Notes under the pieces: model-generated
What the model was told of the DNA's origin: nothing
The model's database searches: none
The model's input: only the letters and a program-made list of their open reading frames with translations
Position numbers and translations under genes: made by a program
Assembly (NCBI GenBank): GCA_000708835.1
Contig: DF236957.1
Location: 248,001 to 312,000, forward strand
Source of the DNA: Klebsormidium nitens
Taxonomy: Eukaryota; Plantae; Klebsormidiophyceae
Direction: 5' to 3'
Length of the DNA: 64,000 bases
In this document: in pieces, positions 35,861-44,845 of the stretch
How positions within the stretch are numbered: the first letter of the stretch is position 1
Layout of the letters: every line of letters starts with the position of its first letter

Positions 35861-38800
35861 CGTGCCTTTGACTCCTGTAGAACGAAGATTGCAGTTGGGC
35901 TGCCTGCAGGGGATCAAAGAGTTGCAGAAGAGACTCTGAGGTTTGGGTGAGCGTTTGCAGAACGGACGACCGACACGTTGGCCCTTTTCACTACTAGTCC
36001 GGATTGAGAACCGCCGCTTGCTCGCTAGTGCGACGCAGTCGCTTCCAACTTCTCAGGATTCGATGACTCTATTTCGTCGTTCAACGTCTATTCAACGGGC
36101 GTACGTCGAAACCCAGTTCTTTAGCTGCGGGTCAGTGGCAAGCCCTCTACCGGCCAAATTGTACGTGCTCGCGTTTATTGCGGAACGCGAGGTCTACAGT
36201 GTATCTTCCCCCGTTGAATATGTGTTCGTCGGCAACATTCTTTTCGAGCTAAGAGCAGTATGCAAAGTTTACTGCGCTGCTAAAGGTTCCGCCTTGCGAA
36301 GAGAGTCTTCCGAGCTGAATCGGCATGGTAGCATCGTAGGGGGCCGGCAGGCGCGCGCGCCCAATCTAGAAAGCACGGGCGTCCAATGGACTGCTGGGGT
36401 GACGGGATCAAAGGTCGCACGGCTCCGTCACCCTTTGAAACAATGGGAACTGATCTTCACTAGTCGTCATAGTATATATAGTACATCCCCACTTTAACTA
36501 AGTTTGATCTCTTGGTCTAGCTTTGACCGTCTGTTTTCGGAATAAGCGACGCGCCTCCAGGGGCGAAGACTCTGGCGGCTGTGACGAAGAACAGTACTGA
36601 GGAGTAAATCGCGTCTCCTCACCGCTGTACAGTTATCCTTTCAGTGCCGAAGCTGTCTGCGCAGCTGTGATCACTGTGGCTGCGCCGCGCGCTGACTTTT
36701 CTCCGGTCAGACTAGGTGTGCAAACAGTGATGGACTGAACGAAGATTGTTTCTGCTGATCAGCAGATACAGAGTGTATGGGGATCATGCGGCCGATGCAC
36801 ATAATTGCTTTCTGGCCGCGTAGTTTCATGATTCTGTTATGGCCGTCTTTGAGCCCCAACGATCTCTGCAGACGCAAGCTCATCGTTCGAGGGGGTTCTT
36901 GCGTCAGCGCGCAGCACGATGCACTAACCCTCACTTGACTCCAAGTAGGAAGTGGTCAACAGGACGTTTCTTGGTTTGGCGATTAGCGTCTCTTTAAAGG
37001 CGGCTCAGACGCAACGCTTTCGTTTTCTTCGATTGCCTGTGATGGCATTGGGTCCTGAGCAGGCCGAAAGTCGACCCACAAAAAGCAAGAAGTCTCTCCG
37101 GAAATCTTGCTTGGTATTGTTGCTTAGTTCTGTGCTCGCCATCGGTCTTTTGCCGTCGCAAGCAGATTTCCTTCGACAATGCTCAATCGAAAAATGCACC
37201 TCTGACCGCGACCAGAGGTGCAATTCCTGCAAACTGGAAAGTCAACCGAAGTAATCGACCGTCAGGATGGTGTCTTGGATTTATGCAGCGAAGCAAGACA
37301 TTCCAAATCCATCCTGTCAAGTACCTAATCACTCCCCTGGAGCTGCTGTCTAAAGATTTCTCAACGTCGTACAATCCGCGTGTCTTGCAGGTTTCAGCAA
37401 TATGAAGCCTTGTGCAAAATCAAAGGACGAGAACACTTTGCAGCCTGCATACAAGCACAGCTTACGCAAGGCAAGAGAACTCAATCAGGAAGTACCCTCC
37501 TGAAGCGGATCAGGGGCTAACACGGAGTGAGTTTTGTTTTGTGTGATAGTTATGCTCGGATCTAGGTATCAGATGGGTCGAGCAAGCGGCCTCTCAACAG
37601 TTACTGTAGGGTAGCTACAATAGGCGTCGAAAGAATAAAGGAGATTATCTGCACACGGATCAAGCGTACGATTGGTATCCGAGCGACTCAAACTGTTTAG
37701 TATATGCTTTTAAATCCTCAGTCTTATCGGCCATCTTGTCGCAAGTCGCTGTCCGCCTTTGTTGTACATCTCGTTCGATCAATTGGGTACAGGCCGTGTT
37801 CAGACACCATCAAGTGCATGATCTGACATGCAGAAGGCTGTTGCACCCGTCCACATCACTGTGAAATTAACGTACGGACCATTTGAATGCGCGATCGCTC
37901 CGAAGCAGTCGTTGCAATAAGTGCGTATAAGCGCTGTTAGTAATGAGATGAATCCTCGTGCTAGCGGTAGTCCGCTTCGCCTTTCAAGGTGATCACTAAG
38001 ACGTTAGCTAGACAACACATGCCGCTGCATGATTCATGCTTGTATGACTACTTCGCCTTATGGCAATCATTGTTTCTGCCGGTCCACCACATGCAGGGTG
38101 TGCTTATATAGGCATCTGGCCCATGCACTGGGATGTCGCAGTCGAGTTGAAAGAATGAACACATGAAAGGCATCTCGTGGGTGCTGAAGTATACATTTGA
38201 AAACTTGCCACAGCGGGCACGCCAGGATAGTATTGTAACTCACCATAAGCTCGCAGTGCGCCGCCGGTCGGACGGCGGCGATCGTCCAACAGCGTGTGTG
38301 TATACAGGAATATTGGGCAACAACCGGAGAGACGCGCACTCATTCCAGTCATGCATATTGATGTACAGTAGCGTGTTCAGTTCCGGAGCTAGGTCCTCAA
38401 GTTGGACTCTGTTATGTTGCAGTTTCGAGCATATGCATAAGCTAGCGCTACTAGGCTCACTGAGGCGGCATGCATTGTGTCAAACTCCATGTAAGAATCA
38501 TACTATAACGCATCGTGGGAGGGTTATTGCGTCCAGCCTGCATGTGACAATTAGTATATATGGCGCATGCTCAATAAAACACGCAATATGAACGTTGATT
38601 CATGACTTCCAAGTCGAGTCCGCGCTTGTATGTACTGTACATGTGCGCAAAGGGTTGGATCATCGGATCTTCTCTTTGTACGATGTCATCGTTGCATATA
38701 CACAGGAATGATCGGAAGCTGTGCCTCAATGATTTTCAACGAATGTGCCTCGATCATGCCAATGGCTTCGTCACTGGTTAGCGGCCGCCCTAAGCTTGAT

Positions 38801-39346
38801 AAGATATCGAGCTCACAGCGGCCAGGCGTCGCAAGTTCGCATGAAGTTGAGGGTCGGATCCATACGATCATGTAGTACCTCATCGTATCGAGTCCGCCTG
38901 AGCGATTAGTACGTGAGTCAAGCTTAAAATAAATCAAAACAAGATCAGTTCTCTGAATGATATGATGCAATGAATGGATAAACGTCACGCAGTCGTGTCC
39001 TGCCAACACTACTTTCGGGTATCAGTATAGACGGCCTCTTAAATATGACTCGACGAAATTGCTAGACTCGTGTAGCGTCTGATCAATGTTCGAACCTTGG
39101 CGACGGTAACTGTCAACCTTTCAGTTACTTCGGACCTCCAGACAAGCGTAATTTACACAACGCACTAGGATCACACTCAACGAAAACCTTGGCCACAACT
39201 CACGACTCGATGTTAATTGACGCGTTCGCTTTTTGTAAGTTGCGGTCTGCAGGTCGCGGACCGCAGGTGAACCACCTTCTTCGACTTCGTAGACTTTATT
39301 GGCGACCTCAATACTCTATTCCAAGTAACACCCTTCCAATTCTTTC

Positions 39347-42300
39347 TCACGCACACACACCGCACATTTTCAGCCCGTTCTCGTTGCAGTCCGGACACCG
39401 GACCACGTCGTCCGGGTTGGCTCCGGACACCACCTTGCAGCTGCCGTTGCACGTGCGGCACAAGTGGAAGCGCACTCCCCCGCAGCTGCCACAGGAGTCC
39501 TGGCTTCTCCGCCGCTCAAAACCGTCCAACAGGGGAAGCAACTCCCGGCAATCGTTTAGCCTGCAACAGAAACCACAGCGAATTAGAACCTATTCTTCCT
39601 CTTCATCAACCTCTCAGAGACGACAAAAATGTGCACGATTTCTCAATCCTTCTGCGACACTTCATTCAACGAGACCTTTCTCCGATTCATAAAAAGCCAA
39701 ACCCCGCACCCAAAAATCCCGGCTACATATACGGATCGAGAAAGTCCGAAAGTGGTTCTAAGGTAGCCTTCGATTGACAAGCTCTACAAAGGAATGCTGA
39801 GAGGGCTTTGCCTGAACCCACGGCGACAACAACACTTGGGTCGCTGTCAAACTGCATCAACCCCACACATCCGGATGTTGACCCAAACCATCTAAACCAG
39901 ATACAAACAGCCCCTGCCAACAAGCACACTTCAATAAAAGTGGCGCTCACCTCTGAATGTCTTCAGCGCCTCCAATGTACTTCCCCCGAATGAACACCCG
40001 GGGCACCGCAACCAAGCCCCCCATCAGCGCTCGCAGCTCCTCCCGGAACTCCCCGTGCATCGAGATGTCCCGCTCGTCGATCGCGACCCCGTGCCCCAAA
40101 AACACCCCCCTCACCGCGTTGCACTCCTCAAACGTCTTCCGGACCGCCCTGACACTTGTCGTGTACACAACCACCCTGTCCAGCCCCCGGGGGGGCGCGC
40201 CTCTTGGTGAGCGGGCCGCAGGATTCGGTAAGGGGGGGAAGCCGTTTCTGGGGCTCTTCTTAGGAGAGAGGGGGGGCTTCCCGAGGGAGAGACTTGGCCG
40301 GGGGGATCCCTTTGGCGAGGGGATCGGCGAGCGGTTTGGCGAGCGGGGGGGCTTGGCCTCGGCCATCTCTAACAACTGCAACACGACGCCGCCGTCTGGC
40401 GCCCTCTGCTTTTCCGCCCCCGTCGGAGTCAGGACCTTGGTCGGCGCCTGCTGCGAAGAGCTGTTTGCATCCAGCTCCAACCGTGACAAAAAGCTCTCGA
40501 CCTCGCTCATCACCTCCTCCAAGCCCCCATTGCCCATACTAGCCGTCCGGCTTACTCCCCCACTTGATTTCTTCTCTACGTCGCCCCCCGCCTGGGAGGT
40601 CTCTGCCGCACCCCCCCGGTTGCCGACCACTGCCGCCAGTCCCCGTGCGAAACTGAACGAGACCCGGTCCTCCGACTTGCGCGCCTGCCACTCTTCCTCG
40701 GTCAGGTTGTGCAGATCCTCCTCGAACGACGCCAGCATGTCGGGGTCGAACAGCGGCCCCACGTTGGAGATGGGGCTCCCGAACGCGTTTGCCTCGGCGC
40801 TAAAGTCGACGTCCGAAATGCCCCGCCGCCGCGCCCGCGCGCTGACCTGGTCGATGACCTCGCCCGAGATGCGCCGCAGCGCCGCCAGCTCATCCAAGGT
40901 CATGTTCTCCACCAGCAGCGAACCTTGCTTTTGCTCTGCCGGCGCCTCTTCCCTCTCCGTTCTGGACAGCGCGGGTTCATCGACCCCTGCCTGCAACCCT
41001 ACTTCTTTCTTTCCGCCCGTCAGAGCCGCTTCTTTCTCCACCCCCGGCAAGCCTAATTCCTCCTCGCTCGCCTGCAGACCGACGTCTTTCTGGCCACCCT
41101 CTGGCTTTTTCTCCTCTCTTTCCCCCCCATTGCTGGGCGCTTTGTCATGCTCCTCCTGCTTAACCACCTCTGCTTCCGGCTCGCTGCTCAGATCCTCAAC
41201 AGGCGGAATCTCTAGCGGCTTTGGTATCGGCCGCCCCCCCATTGAAGCCACTCTCTCGATCAATCGCGGCGGAGACCTCCTCTCCTCTACGGGCCAGGCA
41301 ATCTTCTCAATCACCAAGTCCGGCGACCGCCCCCCTGACTCTGGACTTCTCGCAGGTGGAGTCCCGCGGGGATCCCTCTCCCCGTCCCTAGTTGTCTTCC
41401 GCTTCTCCCTCTCTGCCAGCCAGCTCGTCTTCCAAAGGTCACTCTTTTCCACCCAAGTCGTACCCCAGAGGTTCCTTTTCTCCACAACCCTAGTTGCATT
41501 GTTCTCCCCACCCCTGCTCGCCTGCAACCTCAGACTCCTCCCAGGGTCAGTTTCTGCCGCCGCGCGAGCGCCGATGTCCTCCCGCGCATGGCTCGCATCT
41601 TCCCGCACCCGGATCCTCTTCAGGCCAAGGGCCGCCCCCGAAAGCTCCCCAGATAACGCGTCCTTTTTGACCTTCTTCACAAACAATGGCCGTTCCGTCA
41701 CCTCCGAATCGATGGACCCATTGATCGACAGCGCTCTCCTCCCGGAATGCATCTTCCCCTCTTCTGGGACTGTGAGGGCCGCTGCCGGCACTGGCAAAGT
41801 CAACCGCCGTCTAAGAGTTGCTGGCGAGACCAGCACCGACGGGGATAAATATTCAAGCTCGGCGAGATTCCCTGTGCTCTTGCTGACCTGCAACGAGGAG
41901 CGGCGCATTTTCTGCCCGCCCTCTGGAACCCGTGGCGGGGTCCGGGATCCAATCACAGGCGCTGTGTCCAGCCGTTGGAGAAACGCTGGAGTCTGCCTCG
42001 ATGGACTCTTGGCGCTGGCCCCCTTGAAACTTCTCTCACTCTCTCCAGACATGCTGCTGAAACCGCCGTCCGAGTGACCAGGGCTCTTGATCCTGCCGCT
42101 AAACCCTCCCTCTGAGCTCTTCACCGACCTCGGTGAGCTCTGCCGAGACAAGGGCAGAACCTCTGAAAGCGGAAGCACGTCGTTTATAAATTGCTGGCCA
42201 GACTGCCCCTGCGCAAACTCCTTCCCTTTCTCAGGGTCCAAAACTTTCCTCAGAGCTGAGCGCACAATCTCAGTGATCTCCTGCCTGTCCGGCACCTGAC

Positions 42301-42643
42301 GCGGGGGTGCATTCAGATCCGGGAAACGCCCCCCTGCAAAAGGTTTCGCCTCTGCTTCCTCATCCTCTTCCAACCCGTGCATCAGATCCCACAAGTCCAC
42401 CGTCTCTGCTGACTCAACTGACATTCTCTTCCCATTCATTCTCACGCCACCATGTGGCAGCCCCCTGGGAGGGAACGGCGCAGAGTCTTTTGTCTTCTGG
42501 TCTGCCAACCTGTTCAGGTTGGATGACAGAAGCAGCGAGGGGACCGGCATTGGGGCAACCCTTGATGAATCTACAGTTTCCGCTGGCCGTGGGGATCTCT
42601 CCGCTTGGGAGGAAGCCCCCTTCTTCCATAGCTTCTTAAACAT
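39347..42643 (-). CDS. Glutaredoxin-like domain protein (plant GRX-like / At5g39865-type, C-terminal Cys-rich zinc ribbon) with long low-complexity N-terminus; complement(join(39347..39560,39951..42643)), 968 aa
   Basis: Exon 1 ends with YTTSVRAVRKTFEECNAVRGVFLGHGVAIDERDISMHGEFREEL...VPRVFIRGKYIGGAEDIQR. A GTGAGC donor at 39950 and a TTGCAG acceptor at 39561 (phase 2) join it to LNDCRELLPLL...CGSCGGVRFHLCRTCNGSCKV...RCPDCNENGLKMCGVCA*. The first ATG (MFKKLW) is at 42643. Confidence 0.92.
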
Positions 42644-43058
42644 TGTGCTTGCCAGTTTTACGCAACCAAATACAGATCCTAACACGTCATTCGCGTGGAC
42701 TGTCCGTCTCCTTAAACACGGGTTTCAGCCTACAAAACTGCACCAAGCTCTTCCTTCCTCCAGCTTAACGATCCAATGCCGGGCCAGCAAAGCATTCCAA
42801 CAGCAGCCAGCTGACAACCACACCAAGAAAGCCCGGAAAAAGTGCCTCTCTTGGATAACGAATTCCACTTTGTTGCCCCTCCAACTCAAGCTCATGCGCG
42901 CAGCCAGCTGGTAAGGAAGAAAACTCTGCTGTGTGTCGCGTCCTGCTGCATGTCAGCGCATGTTCTGCTTCAGGAAAGCGAGCTGGACAGTGCAGACTGT
43001 GCACAGCAGACCTGTACATATTTGTTAGGGCCAGCCGCCAGGCTACCATAGGTAGGTA

Positions 43059-43571
43059 CAGTGTTTCCCCTAATTATTTTGATTGCTGGCCGCCGGGCCG
43101 GCCGGGGCCTGAGTTTGCCGGCCCGTTGGGCCGGGCCGAGGTCGCCATTGCCGGCCCAAGTCCCACCGCAATATACGGAATTTTCGCGCGCGCACCCCAT
43201 ATATCAGAACTTTTACAGTATCTGCTCCGGAGTTTCGTAATCAATGATAAGTCTCTAGCTTTTTAACGTATGAAATATCGTCCAACATCCTACCTCACCT
43301 ACCGAGGGGTTTATTTTGTGCTAGTTCTGGCCAGAAGTACCCGGGGGAGAGTTTTTCTTGAGACCAAAACCTTAGATTGTCATCAAATTCTTTTGTTTTT
43401 GCACTCTAAATACGATGACAGAGCCAGACATGAACTTTCATTGCCGGCCCAAGAGGCCGGCCGGTGCCCCGCAATGCCGGCCGGATGGGCCGGAGGCCGG
43501 CCCCCATTGCCGGCCCAATTTGACCATTGCCGGCCATTTTACCAGAGAGTGGGCCGGCAGGGGAAACACTG
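43059..43571. mobile_element. hAT-superfamily MITE, 513 bp
   Basis: Perfect 13-bp TIRs CAGTGTTTCCCCT (43059-43071) / AGGGGAAACACTG (43559-43571). Perfect 8-bp TSD GGTAGGTA (43051-43058, 43572-43579). Repeated subterminal (A/T)TTGCCGGCC(C) motifs near both ends. Confidence 0.92.
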
Positions 43572-44845
43572 GGTAGGTACGTACTTGCGGATGAACCGGA
43601 ATGGTGCAAGGTGAGATGGAGCCGCCACGGATGCTTCGACCGGGAAGCACTGCTTGACCTAAAGTACCTAGTTTGCATCCTACTAGGTAGTACCTAGATG
43701 CGCTCTGGGTGCCCCTGTGCGAGCTTCCCGGGCATTCCGAACATTTCCCCGGGGGCATTTGTAGCGCCGACTTGGGGAACGTGATGTTCACGTGGTACCT
43801 ACATTAGCGGCTCCGATGGGGGCACAACGTGGCAAATTGCAGCCTCCGAAGAGTTTCTTAAACTTTCGACTCCTGGCTCAGCTTTCACACCAGTATATAG
43901 AATTCCTTGGATGTAGTAGCTTTTCAACCGTTCGATTCGCACCGTAAAGACTTTGGACGCTCGCAAGCCTGCTACGTGTAGCTAGAAGTACGTAATTATC
44001 AGGCACGTCACCGTGACGTCGCTTGGTAAAGGCCGTCTCATCAGCATCGAGTGCGGTAACTATTATTGTTGAATATGTCGCTCTAGTTTGTCTCCCAGCT
44101 CACGGCTGAAAGCTCGATGAGAAATCGAGAGTTCGGCAGGATCTGCAGAGCATTCTTCCGACTCATGTCAATGACCTTTCTGCATTCCGTCATGGGCGCC
44201 TCAGCATTATATGAAGCGCCTTAACATCCTGCCGAAACAGACAGAATCTTGCAGGGTATGTTGTGTTTGTCCAGCAATCGCATTTGATCAGAGTGCTTTT
44301 TAGAAGCTTGCAAGCCACGCATTCGATTGTGAGCTTCAATGCCAATTGCGGTCAACAGTGGCAGAAGTCAGCCGCAGAGGTTAGAAGACACGAACCCGTG
44401 CTTAATGCAGCAACAGAACAATCGAAGGCACTCTCCACCACTATGCCATCACAGCCCCCCTGCAGAGAGTGCTTGTTTGCAGCATCACCATAAGCAGCCC
44501 CCCCTGTGCAAGTAACTCGTTCTAGTAGAGAGCTGCACAGAAAGTAGACATCTCGGTATGTTCGAGCCAGAAGCTGCATAGAACATGCTAAAACAACCTG
44601 GAAGGAAGTTCTGCAGAATAGTTACTAGACCACGGGGGTGGCTTTGTATTGCAGTCACCCAAAGCTGAAGCAGTCAAATAAGTGGTGTTGTTCTCTCCAT
44701 GGTGCACCAGGCTGCAGCTCACGCCTCAACTTGTTCAAATTCCTTTAGTCAGCTTTCAACAGCAGTTCCTTCATTCTTTCAAGGTTTGGGACTCCAGCAA
44801 ACACCTTTTAACTTGCTTTAGACAAAGGCTGGGTCCAACATCACT

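Larger units (their letters stand above)
947..36657 (+). repeat. Dispersed-tandem array of ~55-60 structured elements (terminal stem + K-turn/box C-D-like motif + internal hairpin) separated by diverged spacers
   Basis: Copies read by eye, approximate coordinates, all on + strand: 947-1033, 1533-1613, 1797-1880, 2118-2193, 3449-3526, 3783-3851, 3898-3962, 4128-4199, 4423-4494, 4722-4798, 5047-5126, 5705-5774, 6043-6112, 6540-6618, 7494-7559, 7732-7790, 8055-8116, 8298-8390, 8561-8640, 9122-9186, 9504-9581, 10728-10794, 11239-11307, 11868-11940, 12487-12570, 13476-13546, 13808-13881, 14643-14708, 14906-14988, 17768-17838, 18404-18529, 18990-19083, 20130-20203, 20370-20444, 21502-21581, 22239-22324, 23256-23324, 23567-23642, 23848-23917, 24648-24733, 25443-25512, 25672-25740, 26015-26109, 27118-27203, 27727-27796, 27938-28015, 28767-28853, 29026-29071, 29751-29822, 30489-30555, 30654-30710, 31382-31462, 32019-32112, 32958-33014, 33913-34001, 34666-34732, 34891-34969, 35523-35611, 36574-36657. 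Several are degenerate (e.g. 1797, 8298, 9122, 11868, 29026). Confidence 0.85.

Noticed and set aside
947-36657. Modules as hammerhead ribozymes (TGANGA resembles CUGANGA)
   Set aside because: The base before TGANGA is usually A/G/T rather than C, and there is no conserved GAAA after the hairpin or NUH cleavage triplet.
947-36657. Modules as SECIS elements (RUGA...GA core)
   Set aside because: No conserved apical AA at the fixed helix-II distance, the interval between the GA motifs is too long and variable, and no selenoprotein CDS lies upstream.
947-36657. Modules as MITEs or tRNA-derived SINEs
   Set aside because: All copies found share one orientation, there are no TSDs, the internal motifs are asymmetric, and no cloverleaf or B-box (GTTCGA) is conserved. 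Not fully excluded without a genome-wide search.
38104-38352. C2H2 zinc-finger-like peptide (CPIFLYTHTLLDDRRRPTG)
   Set aside because: Lacks the zinc-binding histidines and lies in decayed sequence with no gene context.
1-39200. Endogenous giant-virus (NCLDV) gene region
   Set aside because: No viral hallmark protein motif recognised in any listed ORF; cannot be excluded for heavily decayed sequence without a translated HMM search.
39957-42077. 706-aa ORF on the + strand
   Set aside because: Antisense shadow of the GC-rich GRX-like exon; no recognisable domain.
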